A program made the position numbers and the translations under genes. DNA of 61,627 bases, filler included, from Candidatus Babelota bacterium (GTDB taxonomy: Bacteria > JAGOBX01), in assembly GCA_017999075.1 (NCBI GenBank). It is 7 parts of 7 records of this genome, joined end to end, with 100 filler letters (N's around TTAATTAATTAA, not from the genome) between each part and the next. Parts side by side here need not be neighbours in the genome. Positions count along the whole stretch, not along the records: positions 17,808 to 26,553 come from JAGOBX010000126.1; positions 26,654 to 35,387 come from JAGOBX010000127.1; 5 more parts are not named here. One strand, written 5' to 3'. Position 1 is the stretch's first letter. Each line of letters starts with the position of its first letter. A model generated the notes under the pieces. It searched no databases, was not told the DNA's origin, and was given only the letters and a program-made list of their open reading frames with translations. Below, in pieces: positions 20,600-30,858 of the stretch.

Positions 20600-21100
20600 T
20601 TATAATTTCACTGATATTTTTTGAATTAAATCCTGTATTTCAGGAGTTATTTTTTGTTTTATTCTTAGTTTTTCATTGGATAATGATGAAAAATTAAGAT
20701 TATACTCTGACTTACCAATTAATTTTTCAATAAATTTATAAGTCCCTGGAGATTTTCCACCGCTTGTAGTAACGATAAATTTAATTTTATTTTGAAGAAT
20801 AAGAGAATTATCTTCTATAACCTGTCTGACCGGAACTGCAGGTTTTCCAGCCCAAACCGGAGAACAAAATATTATAATATCGTATTTACTGAAATCAGGT
20901 TGTTTAACAAGTTCAGTTTTTTTGTTAAAAACAGAGTCGAATCCGCTTTTAACATATCCCAATAAACCGTATCTCAACGAAAAATTTTTTTCAAGCAATT
21001 CAAATAATTCGAATTTATCAAGAGATTCTTTAATAATTTCAGCCACATACCGTGTTTTATTTGTTCTGCTATAATATAAAATCAAACCATTCATAATCAA
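20600..21100 (-). CDS. Flavodoxin-like protein
   Basis: ILYYSRTNKT FMN loop, SPVWAG, TSGG. Confidence 0.8.
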   Translation of the reverse strand: MIMNGLILYYSRTNKTRYVAEIIKESLDKFELFELLEKNFSLRYGLLGYVKSGFDSVFNKKTELVKQPDFSKYDIIIFCSPVWAGKPAVPVRQVIEDNSLILQNKIKFIVTTSGGKSPGTYKFIEKLIGKSEYNLNFSSLSNEKLRIKQKITPEIQDLIQKISVKL

Positions 21101-21693
21101 AAAATTCCTTTAGTCGTATTTAATCCGTCTATTCTTTCGTCTACTGAACAAGCAATATTAAGCGCTTTTGCGGCGCATTTAAAAACAGCTTCAATTCCAT
21201 GATGAATATTATGACAGTATTTCAAATTTATATGAAGAGTAATTCCTGAATGCATAACAAACTTCTCAAAAAATTCTTTTACAAGTTCGACATCAAAATT
21301 TCCTGTTCTGTCAGCAGGCAGAGACACGTTATAACTTAAAAATGGTCTATTACAAATATCTACAGAAACTTCAGCCAAAGATTCGTCCATTGGCAATATA
21401 AAAAAACCATATCTTTTAATATTTTTCATATCTCCAAGAGATTTTTTAAACGCTATTCCAAGACATATGGATATATCTTCAACTGTGTGGTGAAAATCAA
21501 CTTCAGTATCACCCTGTGCTTTCACCTTAATATCAAATAAACCATGTTTAGTAAATAATTCAAGCATATGTTTCAAAAATCCTATCGGAATATCAATAGA
21601 ATATTTGCCTGAACCGTCAATATTATATTCAACAAATATTTTTGTTTCATTGGAATTGCGTTCCATTGAATATTTCCTGATTATTTTTTCCAT
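21097..21693 (-). CDS. hisB: Imidazoleglycerol-phosphate dehydratase
   Basis: GFLKHML, DFHHTVED, PMDE, NIHHGIEA, TTKG. Confidence 0.96.
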   Translation of the reverse strand: MEKIIRKYSMERNSNETKIFVEYNIDGSGKYSIDIPIGFLKHMLELFTKHGLFDIKVKAQGDTEVDFHHTVEDISICLGIAFKKSLGDMKNIKRYGFFILPMDESLAEVSVDICNRPFLSYNVSLPADRTGNFDVELVKEFFEKFVMHSGITLHINLKYCHNIHHGIEAVFKCAAKALNIACSVDERIDGLNTTKGIF

Positions 21694-21839
21694 AATTTTT
21701 TCACAAATCCGAATTTAAAATATATAAAACTCAAATAAAAACTGACACTGTAAAAATTTTGTTACTTTAATTATATTAAATAAAATAAAATATACAAGAA
21801 ATAATTGATTTTTATTTTTTTATGTTCTATATTTTTTTT

Positions 21840-24191
21840 ATGGATTCAAATTTAAAGAATGTCGGCAAAAATATTTTAAAAAAAGATTCATTATCATTAA
21901 GCTGCGGATTACCTTTATTCTGCGATGATTATGATTTTCAAAACATTCTTCATGCTAAAATACTATATTCTCCTTATCCACATTGCATTATAAAAAATAT
22001 CGATACATCCACCGCTGAAAAAATCAAAGGGGTTAAATGTATTCTGACTTACAAAAATGTTCCTGATTCAGTTTATTCCACTTCAGGACAAAGTTTTCCC
22101 GAACCTTCGCCATACGATTCAGTTATACTGGACAAAAAAATGAGGTTTATAGGAGATAAAGCTGCTGCAGTTGCTGCAGAAACTGAAGAAGCTGCTGAAG
22201 AAGCTTTATCATTAATAAAAATTGATTACGAACAACTTCCTTATTCCCTATCCACTGAAGAATCTTTGAAAGATAATGCAGCTGTTATACACGATGAAAA
22301 TTACGCCAAAACTTTGATAGACGTTAACTATGAGCCTTCAAAAAATAAAGTTTGCAGTAAAACGGTAAACTTAGGTTCTGCTGCAAATTCAAACTTATTT
22401 AATAACTGCAGAAACATTTTAGAAGAAGAATATTCAACGCATTATGTTTCTCATTGTATGATGGAACCTCATATAACTATAACCTATTTTGATAATTTCC
22501 GGAGATTGGTTATAATAACAGCAACTCAAGCGCCATTTCATGTACGTCGAGTTATAAGCGAAATATTAGGAATCCCTATAAAAAATATACGTGTAATAAA
22601 ACCTAAGACAGGCGGTGCATTCGGAGGAAAACAGGATCTTGTTCTGGAACCCATTTGTTCGTTATTAACATTGCGTACAGGTCTTCCTGTAAGGTTAGCA
22701 TATTCAAGAAAAGAACAATTTATTTCTGCGAGAACAAGGCATCCTGAAAAAATATATATAAAATCAGGATTTGACTATTCAGGAATTATTTCTGATATTG
22801 AAATGAAGATAATTTTAAATTCAGGAGCTTATGGCAATCATACTTTTACCGTAGGATGTAATTCAGGCAGCAAAACTCTTCCAATGTTTAACAAAATAAA
22901 AAACATAAGATTTGATATGACCGGAGTTTATACAAATATGCCTGTAGCCGGGGCTTTCAGGGGTTATGGCGCTGTTCAAGGTTTTTTTGCTTTCGGAACA
23001 CACATTGATCAGATTGCAAACAAACTCGGAATTGATGTAATTGAACTATACAAAAAACAGCTTATTTCAAAAGGCGAATCTGCCGAATTATTAAAACATA
23101 TAAGCGAAGGAAAACAGCAGGACGATTACAATGTTGACAGCTGCATTTTAATTGATTGTATAAATACGGGCATTAAAGAAATTGATTGGTATAATAAACT
23201 AAAACATAAAGATATGCGGTCAACCAAAACTTTAAAACGAGGATTAGGTATGGCTGTTATGATGCAGGGTTCTTCAATACCTTATATTGATATGTCATCT
23301 GCTGTAATAAAAATGAACGAGGACGGTTCTTTCAATATTCTATGCGGAGCTTCTGATTTAGGATGCGGAAGCGATACAGTAATTTCACAAATAGCAGCAG
23401 AAACATTATCGTGTTCCGCCGACGATATAATTATTTATTCTTCTGACACGGACATGACAACTTATGATTCCGGAGCATTCGCATCATCCACAACTTATTT
23501 ATCTGGAAACGCCGTAAAAAAAACTGCCGAATCTATAAAAATCCAAATATTAAATACAGCTTCGGAAATGATGTGCGAACCAGTAAGTAATTTCTACATA
23601 TCAAATTCCCAGGTTGTTTCCAGGATCTCTCAAAAAAAAGTTTCCTACAAAGATGTTGGTTATTATTCGTTTTACACAGGAAATCTTAAACAAATATGCG
23701 CTTCAGAATCTTTTATGTCAAAAAAATCTCCGCCGCCGTTTTCAGTTCATTTCAGTGAAATAGAGGTTGATATTGAAACAGGCAAAATAAATGTTTTAGA
23801 ATACGTTACTGTAACAGATTGCGGAACTGTCATTAATCCTAAGCTTGCAGAATGTCAGATTGAAGGTTCTGTTATAATAGGATTGGGATTCACATTGACA
23901 GAAGAATACATATTCGATAAATCAGGAAAAGTTTTAAATCCTAATCTTGGCAACTATAAAATATTTACATCTATGGATATCCCAAAATTAAAAAATATTA
24001 TTCTTAACAGTTATGAAGATACAGGTCCTTTCGGAGCAAAAAGTATAGGGGAAGTAGCAGTAAACGGTCCTGCTCCGGTTATATCAAACGCAATATTCAA
24101 TGCAACAGGAATAAGATTATATGATACTCCGTTCACTTCGGAAAAAGTTTTTTTTCATTTAAAAAATAAAGGCAGAACAGAATTATTATGA
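21840..24191 (+). CDS. Xanthine dehydrogenase family molybdopterin-binding subunit
   Basis: SPYPH, MEPH, TQAP, GGAFGGKQ, GAFRGYG, GAFASS, GPFGAKSIGE. The second Met (21840) is the more plausible start. Confidence 0.93.
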   Translation: MDSNLKNVGKNILKKDSLSLSCGLPLFCDDYDFQNILHAKILYSPYPHCIIKNIDTSTAEKIKGVKCILTYKNVPDSVYSTSGQSFPEPSPYDSVILDKKMRFIGDKAAAVAAETEEAAEEALSLIKIDYEQLPYSLSTEESLKDNAAVIHDENYAKTLIDVNYEPSKNKVCSKTVNLGSAANSNLFNNCRNILEEEYSTHYVSHCMMEPHITITYFDNFRRLVIITATQAPFHVRRVISEILGIPIKNIRVIKPKTGGAFGGKQDLVLEPICSLLTLRTGLPVRLAYSRKEQFISARTRHPEKIYIKSGFDYSGIISDIEMKIILNSGAYGNHTFTVGCNSGSKTLPMFNKIKNIRFDMTGVYTNMPVAGAFRGYGAVQGFFAFGTHIDQIANKLGIDVIELYKKQLISKGESAELLKHISEGKQQDDYNVDSCILIDCINTGIKEIDWYNKLKHKDMRSTKTLKRGLGMAVMMQGSSIPYIDMSSAVIKMNEDGSFNILCGASDLGCGSDTVISQIAAETLSCSADDIIIYSSDTDMTTYDSGAFASSTTYLSGNAVKKTAESIKIQILNTASEMMCEPVSNFYISNSQVVSRISQKKVSYKDVGYYSFYTGNLKQICASESFMSKKSPPPFSVHFSEIEVDIETGKINVLEYVTVTDCGTVINPKLAECQIEGSVIIGLGFTLTEEYIFDKSGKVLNPNLGNYKIFTSMDIPKLKNIILNSYEDTGPFGAKSIGEVAVNGPAPVISNAIFNATGIRLYDTPFTSEKVFFHLKNKGRTELL

Positions 24192-25588
24192 TAAGAATAC
24201 TTGTTGTTGACGATAATAAAAGCATCTGCGAAATATTAACTGAAACTTTTACTGATAAAGGGTATAAAACAGAATCCGCAGATTCAGGAGAACATGCTGT
24301 AGAATTTTTAAAATCAGGTGATTTTGATATTGTAGTTACAGATTTGAAAATGAGCGGAGTATCAGGCCTTGATCTGTTAAAATATATAAAACTCAATTAT
24401 CCTGATATTGAAGTTATAATTATCACAGCATTCGGAACAATTGATTCTGCTGTAGAAGCTATGCGGTGCGGCGCTTATGATTTCATTTTGAAACCCTTTA
24501 AAATTGACGAAATAGAAAAAAAAATCGAGAATATAGTCAAACAAATAAAATTGACTCTTAACAATGAATACCTAACTAAAGAAATAGAGAATATTTTCGA
24601 TTACAAACATATTATAGGACACTCAAAAGGAATTAAAAAAGTCCTTACAGACATTGAAAAAGTTTCCGGAGTCAATTCTACAGTTTTAATTTCCGGTGAA
24701 ACTGGAACAGGGAAAGAATTGGTCGCAAGATACATTCATTACAACAGCCAGAGAAAAAATAATACATTTATCAAAGTGAACTGCGCAGCGCTTCCAACTG
24801 AGCTGATTGAATCAGAATTATTCGGTCATATAAAAGGCGCTTTCACATCAGCGTATAAGGACAGGGCAGGAAGATTTGAACTTGCTGATAAAGGCACTTT
24901 ATTCATAGATGAAATAAGTGAAATTCCTTTGGTAACACAAATGAAATTGTTAAGAGTGCTGCAGGAGCGCGAGTTTGAAAGAGTGGGAAGTTCTGAAACT
25001 ATTAAAACAGATACAAGAATAATAACTTCAACAAACCGTAATCTTGAAGATATGGTTAAACAAAATATGTTCCGGCAGGATTTATTCTATAGGCTAAATG
25101 TTTTTCCGATTACAGTTCCTCCGCTTCGCGAAAGAAAAGACGATATTCCCGAACTCATCAGATATTTTATAAACAAATATGTTAATCTTACAGGCAAAAA
25201 AATAAACAAAATCGAAAACCAGGTGATAGACATATTGACAGATTACGACTGGCCCGGAAACATACGCGAACTTGAAAATATAATTGAACGAATGATAGTA
25301 ATTTCCGGTTCAGACGGTATTATAAACGTAAAAAATATTCCTTCTGAAATCAAAAAAAAATCGGTTAATATAAACCTGGTTAATTTCAACACCACTATAT
25401 CATTAAAAACCTTGAAACTTCCTGAACTGATTTCAGAAATCGAAATTAAGCTTATACAGGAACAACTGAAAAAATTCAACAATAACCAAAGTAAAACAGC
25501 AGAATCCATAGGTATAAGCAGAACTGATTTGCAGTATAAACTAAAAAAATACGGATTGCTGTCAAAAAAATCAGCAAAAGACTTTTAG
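24188..25588 (+). CDS. Sigma54-dependent response regulator (NtrC/AtoC family) with GAFTSA variant
   Basis: REC (VVDD, TDLKM, KPF), GETGTGKE, ESELFGH, GAFTSA, LFIDEI, WPGNIREL, HTH; ATGA overlap with the upstream gene. Confidence 0.93.
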   Translation: MIRILVVDDNKSICEILTETFTDKGYKTESADSGEHAVEFLKSGDFDIVVTDLKMSGVSGLDLLKYIKLNYPDIEVIIITAFGTIDSAVEAMRCGAYDFILKPFKIDEIEKKIENIVKQIKLTLNNEYLTKEIENIFDYKHIIGHSKGIKKVLTDIEKVSGVNSTVLISGETGTGKELVARYIHYNSQRKNNTFIKVNCAALPTELIESELFGHIKGAFTSAYKDRAGRFELADKGTLFIDEISEIPLVTQMKLLRVLQEREFERVGSSETIKTDTRIITSTNRNLEDMVKQNMFRQDLFYRLNVFPITVPPLRERKDDIPELIRYFINKYVNLTGKKINKIENQVIDILTDYDWPGNIRELENIIERMIVISGSDGIINVKNIPSEIKKKSVNINLVNFNTTISLKTLKLPELISEIEIKLIQEQLKKFNNNQSKTAESIGISRTDLQYKLKKYGLLSKKSAKDF

Positions 25589-25598
25589 AGTTTTAAAA

Positions 25599-26553
25599 TC
25601 AATTTACCACTTTAAAAATAAATCCTGAACTATAAGCTGTCATTTCCGGAGCATACATTGATTGAAGTGTTGCTGAACCGGAACGGTAAACACCTGTTTT
25701 TGTCGGTTTTAACCTGTATTTAATCATATATTCGCCGTGAGGGAGCCAACTGATAAACATATTAGTCAATGAATCGCGCGGTTCTTCATAATACGAAAGA
25801 GGATTCCATTTCCATCCGCTCACCAAAGTTTCAGCTTCAAACCCTGCGGGTTTAGGATCCTTCAAATGCATATATTCAAACTGGCTTCGCGTGTTAATTT
25901 TCAATTGAACTTCAACCTGATCTCCCACTTTAATTTCATCTCCTGATTTTAAAGGTATCAAATGATATTTTCCATCATTTTGTTTTCCGCGAACATAATA
26001 AATTCTTTCTATATTTAATAATCCATTGTTTGACGGTTCCTGAATTTTATCTGTAGAATATATCATTGTCAACGAAGCAAATGCAGTTCCTTTTCCTGTT
26101 TTATGTATTTTAATTTCCGGTTTTAATTCTGAAGCGGTTTTTCCAGTTTGATATATTCGGACAGGTTTTTCAAGAAAATCGTAAGGTTCAAGAGTAACAT
26201 TATGTGTTGAATCGCCCCATACAATTTTATAATTTTCTTCAGTATTCAATGCTCCAGATTTTTGTAAAAAATCAAGCAAAGCAAATATAGCTGCAGCAGA
26301 AGCTTTAGTTGATTTCCAGACATTGCCTTTTCTATTAAATAAAATCCATTGAACCATTCCCGGAATACGTTTATCATCAGGTTTTAATTCCTGAAGAGTT
26401 TTTAAAAAAAACGCGTGTTTTTCAAGCGAATCAGAATACCATACCCACGAATATTTTTCAGGAGTCCAGTAAAAACCTGTTATTTCATCCTCTCTCCCTC
26501 CATCAAGAGCAATCTCAAGAATTTCAAACGCTTTCTTACGTTCTCCGAGATTG
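25599..26553 (-). CDS. Bacterial alpha-2-macroglobulin family protein, C-terminal fragment (5'-truncated)
   Basis: The frame is open to the contig edge (GFYWTPEKYSWVWYSD). Motifs WILFNRKGNVWKSTK, EYMHLKDPKPAGFE, YYEEPRD and QSMYAPE are typical of the bA2M C-terminus. Confidence 0.88.
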
Positions 26554-26653
26554 NNNNNNNNNNNNNNNNNNNNNNNNNNNNNNNNNNNNNNNNNNNNTTA
26601 ATTAATTAANNNNNNNNNNNNNNNNNNNNNNNNNNNNNNNNNNNNNNNNNNNN
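26554..26653. other. Artificial contig linker
   Basis: N44-TTAATTAATTAA-N44. Confidence 0.99.
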
Positions 26654-26655
26654 TT

Positions 26656-26889
26656 TTCGGAAAACAAGTATGGTTAAGCGTAATGTCGCAATATTCGCCA
26701 AAATTTAAAGCTTTTAATTTTCCAGAAATAAACAGGCAATTAAAAAACAAAGAATATTATGAGATAGAGGAATTGATATTAGAACTTGATCTGGAAAATG
26801 TTTTTTTACAGGAACTCTCAAGTCAAAAAATTTTTTTCCCTGATTTTTCTAAAGATATTCCGTTTGCAGCAAACAATAAAACGATCTGA
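26656..26889 (+). CDS. C-terminal fragment of a PflX-like radical SAM protein (5'-truncated)
   Basis: Open frame from the contig edge: LSVMSQYSP...PEINRQL...EY...ENVFLQE...FFPDF, the typical PflX C-terminus. Confidence 0.7.
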   Translation, partial: FGKQVWLSVMSQYSPKFKAFNFPEINRQLKNKEYYEIEELILELDLENVFLQELSSQKIFFPDFSKDIPFAANNKTI

Positions 26890-27077
26890 TATCCCTGTTT
26901 AAAATTTTCTTATTTTTCAAACAATTTTATCTTGCGCAATTCCTAATAATAATATATATTAAATAAAAAATTTAACCCAAATAATACATTTTAATTATTT
27001 TTTATATTATTTTGGGGTATATTATCAAAATTAGTAATATTTTCTTGTTTTGTAAATAATTAAAGGGGGATTTATAA

Positions 27078-27881
27078 ATGATTTTAGAATTTTATAAACC
27101 GCAAAGTATCGAAGAGGCGGTTAAATTTAAAAACAGTTCAAATCAAAAAAATTATTTTATTGGCGGCGGTACAGAACTAAATTCATTAATTTTTAGAAAT
27201 TCAGATTTTAATGTGATAAGTATTGAAAATCTCGGTTTTGATAAATTAATAGCAAAAAATGATTATATAGAAATAGGATCTTCTGTAACAATCCAAAATT
27301 TAATTGAATCAGAAATTTCCCCTCTTTTGCTAAAATCTGCAGCAAAACAAATTGTAAACAGAAACATAAGAAATATCGCAACTATAGGCGGAAACATAGG
27401 TTCAAACAAATCATGTTCAAATCTACTGCCTGGATTGATATGTCTTGACGCAAATTTAACTATTGCAACCGCTTCAGGAAAATCTGATATTCCAGTTTTA
27501 GAATATATTTCTAAAGAAATAAACGATTTAATAATAAAAATTAATGTTCCGAAAAAAAATTTAAATCGTAAATTCGCTTTAAAAAATTATACTAGAAATT
27601 CTACAGATATATCCATTATAACTTCTTCAGTATCTTTATTTTTAAAAAATGAAGTTATAGAATCTCCTATCATAGCTGTCGGCGGGGTGGGAAAGCATAT
27701 AATACGATTAACTTCTATCGAAAATTTAATTTCACAAAAAAAATTGCCGGAAAAATCTGAAATTGAAAATGAAATAAAAAAATGTATAAATCCAATATCG
27801 GATTTTAGGGGAAGTTCTGAATTTAAAAAACATATCGCTGCTGTTTTTACAGCAGATTGTTTATATAAATCAATTCAATAA
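27078..27881 (+). CDS. Molybdoenzyme FAD-binding subunit (YgfM-like)
   Basis: FIGGGT, IRNIATIGGNI, PISDFRGS..FK; SD GGGGGA; directly upstream of the XdhD-like gene. Confidence 0.88.
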   Translation: MILEFYKPQSIEEAVKFKNSSNQKNYFIGGGTELNSLIFRNSDFNVISIENLGFDKLIAKNDYIEIGSSVTIQNLIESEISPLLLKSAAKQIVNRNIRNIATIGGNIGSNKSCSNLLPGLICLDANLTIATASGKSDIPVLEYISKEINDLIIKINVPKKNLNRKFALKNYTRNSTDISIITSSVSLFLKNEVIESPIIAVGGVGKHIIRLTSIENLISQKKLPEKSEIENEIKKCINPISDFRGSSEFKKHIAAVFTADCLYKSIQ

Positions 27882-27919
27882 AAAACAGATAAAAAGAATT
27901 AAGGAGGATTATAAAATAA

Positions 27920-30790
27920 ATGAAAATTAAAGTGATGCTAAATGGATCTCCAAAACAATTTTACACTGAACCAGGAGAAAAAGTCAGAGATCTTCTTCAT
28001 CGTGAAGGAATATTGTCGGTAAGAAACGGATGCGACGGAGAAGGTTCATGTGGAAATTGTTCGATAATCTTGAATGGTAAAGTCGTAAATTCATGTTTAC
28101 TTGTTGCTCCGCAAATAGACGGAAAAGAAATTATTACTGTTGATTATTTTTCAAAAAACAGAGAATTGACTGCAATACAAACAGCTTTTATAGATTCAGG
28201 GATAGTTCAATGCGGATACTGCACTCCTGCAATGGTTCTTGCTATACATAACCTTTTTGAAAAATTTGATAATCCGGACAAAACTCAAATTAAAGATGCC
28301 TTGTCCGGTATTTTCTGCAGATGTACCGGATATGAACAAATATTCGATGCTGTAAACTTGGCAGCAAAATTAAGAAAAGACAAAAACTTCAAATGTAAAA
28401 TAGCGCCTGATTTCAGAGATGATTTGAGAGTAGTCGGAAAAGCAAAAAGAAAAGTTGACGGAGCAAAACTCGCGCGCGGAGAAAAAGCATACGTAGAAGA
28501 TATGGTGGATCAAGGCGCATGTTATTTAAAAATGATGAGGAGTCCTCATGCTCATGCATATATAAAAAATATTGATACAAGCGAAGCTGAAAAAATTCCC
28601 GGAGTGGTTTATATTTTAACTCACAAAAATTGTCCCGATATTTATTATAACCAGGCGGGTCAGGGATACCCGGAACCTTCTCCTTACGACAGAAAACTTA
28701 TCAGTGAAAAAGTCAGGCATGTAGGCGACAGGGTTGCAGCGATTGTAGCAGAATCTATGGAAATCGCAGAAGAAGCAGCAAAAAAAATTAAAGTCGAATA
28801 CGATGTTTTAAAACCTGTATTGTCCATTGATGAAGCTGCTTCTGAAAATGCACCTATCGTTCACAACAGTATTCTTGAATATGTCGTCGGCGCGCCTGAT
28901 AATATTGATGAAGACAATAAAAAAGCTATTGCAAAAGACGGAAAAATTATTTACCAGTTCCCTATTCACGCAAATCCAAGAAAAAATATTGCCGCAGGAG
29001 TGGAAGGCGGAATAGGAGATATAGACAAAGGTTTTGCAGAAGCAGATGTAATCCTTGAAAGAGAATACGAATCAAAACAAGTTCAATGTACTCCTGTTGA
29101 ACCTCATGTAGTATATACAAAGATGGATGGAGACCGCTTAGTTATTCATGCATCAACCCAAGTTCCATGGCATTTACGCAGGATAGTTGCAAGAATTTTA
29201 AATGTCAGCGAAAACAAAATCAGAGTAATAAAAGAACGTGTAGGCGGAGGATTTGGTGCAAAACAGGACATAGTTCTGGAAGAAGTTCCTGCATACTTAA
29301 CCTGGATAACTGGAAGGAGTATTTTTCAAAGATTTACACGCGAAGAAGAATTTATAGCATCACGAACCAGACATGTTATGAAAATAAAAGTCAAACTGGG
29401 GGCAAAAAAAGACGGACAGTTAACAGCAGTTTATATGGATTTAAAAGCTAATACCGGCCCTTATGGTTCACATTGTTTAACGGTTCCAATGAATGCATGT
29501 TCAAAGTCTCTTCCATTATTTTTATGCGATAACGTAAGATTTAAAGTAACTACCTATTATTCAAATATTCCTCCAACAGGCGCATATCAGGGATATGGAG
29601 CTCCTCAAGGTTCTTTTGCACTTCAGACTGCTGCGGCAGAACTGTCAAATCAACTCGGACTAAATTATCTTGATTTCATTGAAAAAAACAGAGTCGGCGA
29701 CGGAGTAATGTTAGAAATATTAAAATGTCTGGGTGAGGGAAGAGAAGGTATTCCTCAGCGAGTATCAAGCTGCGGGCTTGAACCAGCATTAAAAAAAGGA
29801 TCAGAAATGATAAACTGGAGAAAAAAAGAAACAAGCAATGATCCTGACATAAAAATAGGAAAAGGCGTTGTAATTATCCAGCAAGGATCTGGCCTTCCTG
29901 GTCTTGATGCGGCAAATGCAGAAGTTAAAATGCTTGGTGATGGAAGCTTTATGTTATTAATAGGCGGCACAGATTTAGGAACAGGACTTGACACAGTTGC
30001 TGTAAAAATGGCAGCAGAATGCTTATGCGTTGATATGGATAAAATCGATATTATAGCAGCCGACACCGATGTTACTCCTTTTGACGTAGGAGCATACGCA
30101 TCAAGCGGAACTTATTTTTCAGGCGGAGCAGCATTAAATGCAGCAGAAAAAATGAAAGAAAAAATTATTGAAGTAGCTTCTGAAATTCTTAAAGAAAACA
30201 AATCAAAAATTAAACTTATTTATCCCGGAACTGCTCAAGGTGAAAACGGTTCTGTGTCATTTGCCAAAATAGCCGAATATACAACTACAGGCACAGGCCC
30301 TGGACAACTTATCTCCACTGCTTGTTTTACTACTGACAAAGCGTCTATTCCTTACGGAGCGCATTTTTGTCAAGTAGCTGTAAATATAAGAACAGGGGAA
30401 ATTAAAATCCAAAAATATTATGCATTGCAGGATTGCGGCACACCTGTAAATCCAGAACTTGCACTCGGCCAAATTTATGGTGGCGCATTAAAAACAATAG
30501 GCCATTCTCTTTACGAAGAAATGATATTAGATAAAAACGGAACTTGTTTAAATCCAAACTTTCTTGATTATAAAGTTCCTATGATTAATGATCTTCCTGA
30601 AGATTTTAAAGCAGAACTTGTTTATACAAATGATCCTTTTGGCCCATACGGAGCAAAATCAGTATCAGAAATTGCGTGCAACGGAGCAGCCCCTGCTATA
30701 TCCATAGCAATTTTTGATGCAGCAGGAATATGGATGCGAAAATGGCCGTTTACTCCAGAATCAATTTTAAAAGAATTAAAAAAATTATAA
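27920..30790 (+). CDS. xdhD: XdhD-like fused [2Fe-2S]/molybdopterin-binding oxidoreductase
   Basis: 956 aa; CDGEGSCGNC, QCGYC and CRC FeS motifs fused to a Moco domain (GGGFGAKQD, GAYQGYG, GAKSVSE); strong SD AAGGAGG. Confidence 0.85.
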   Translation: MKIKVMLNGSPKQFYTEPGEKVRDLLHREGILSVRNGCDGEGSCGNCSIILNGKVVNSCLLVAPQIDGKEIITVDYFSKNRELTAIQTAFIDSGIVQCGYCTPAMVLAIHNLFEKFDNPDKTQIKDALSGIFCRCTGYEQIFDAVNLAAKLRKDKNFKCKIAPDFRDDLRVVGKAKRKVDGAKLARGEKAYVEDMVDQGACYLKMMRSPHAHAYIKNIDTSEAEKIPGVVYILTHKNCPDIYYNQAGQGYPEPSPYDRKLISEKVRHVGDRVAAIVAESMEIAEEAAKKIKVEYDVLKPVLSIDEAASENAPIVHNSILEYVVGAPDNIDEDNKKAIAKDGKIIYQFPIHANPRKNIAAGVEGGIGDIDKGFAEADVILEREYESKQVQCTPVEPHVVYTKMDGDRLVIHASTQVPWHLRRIVARILNVSENKIRVIKERVGGGFGAKQDIVLEEVPAYLTWITGRSIFQRFTREEEFIASRTRHVMKIKVKLGAKKDGQLTAVYMDLKANTGPYGSHCLTVPMNACSKSLPLFLCDNVRFKVTTYYSNIPPTGAYQGYGAPQGSFALQTAAAELSNQLGLNYLDFIEKNRVGDGVMLEILKCLGEGREGIPQRVSSCGLEPALKKGSEMINWRKKETSNDPDIKIGKGVVIIQQGSGLPGLDAANAEVKMLGDGSFMLLIGGTDLGTGLDTVAVKMAAECLCVDMDKIDIIAADTDVTPFDVGAYASSGTYFSGGAALNAAEKMKEKIIEVASEILKENKSKIKLIYPGTAQGENGSVSFAKIAEYTTTGTGPGQLISTACFTTDKASIPYGAHFCQVAVNIRTGEIKIQKYYALQDCGTPVNPELALGQIYGGALKTIGHSLYEEMILDKNGTCLNPNFLDYKVPMINDLPEDFKAELVYTNDPFGPYGAKSVSEIACNGAAPAISIAIFDAAGIWMRKWPFTPESILKELKKL

Positions 30791-30806
30791 ATTTACTTTT
30801 AATATA

Positions 30807-30841
30807 TTCCGGTTTAATTTATTTATTGAATTAAACCGGAA
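30807..30841 (+). terminator. Stem-loop downstream of xdhD (possible terminator or mRNA stabiliser)
   Basis: Perfect 13-bp inverted repeat TTCCGGTTTAATT / AATTAAACCGGAA with a 9-nt loop; no clear U-tract follows. Confidence 0.55.
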
Positions 30842-30858
30842 ATACAACGATTTATATT

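Noticed and set aside
26415..26609. 64-aa plus-strand ORF running into the linker
   Set aside because: It is antisense to the alpha-2-macroglobulin frame, which is open to the contig edge.
21840..30790. Apparent single molybdoenzyme super-cluster (Moco subunit, regulator, FAD subunit, XdhD)
   Set aside because: A linker at 26554-26653 separates the two loci; their proximity comes from sorting contigs by size.
21840..30790. Selenocysteine read-through in the molybdoenzyme genes
   Set aside because: All ORFs are full length with no in-frame TGA interruption; the TGA at 24189-24191 falls at the normal C-terminus.
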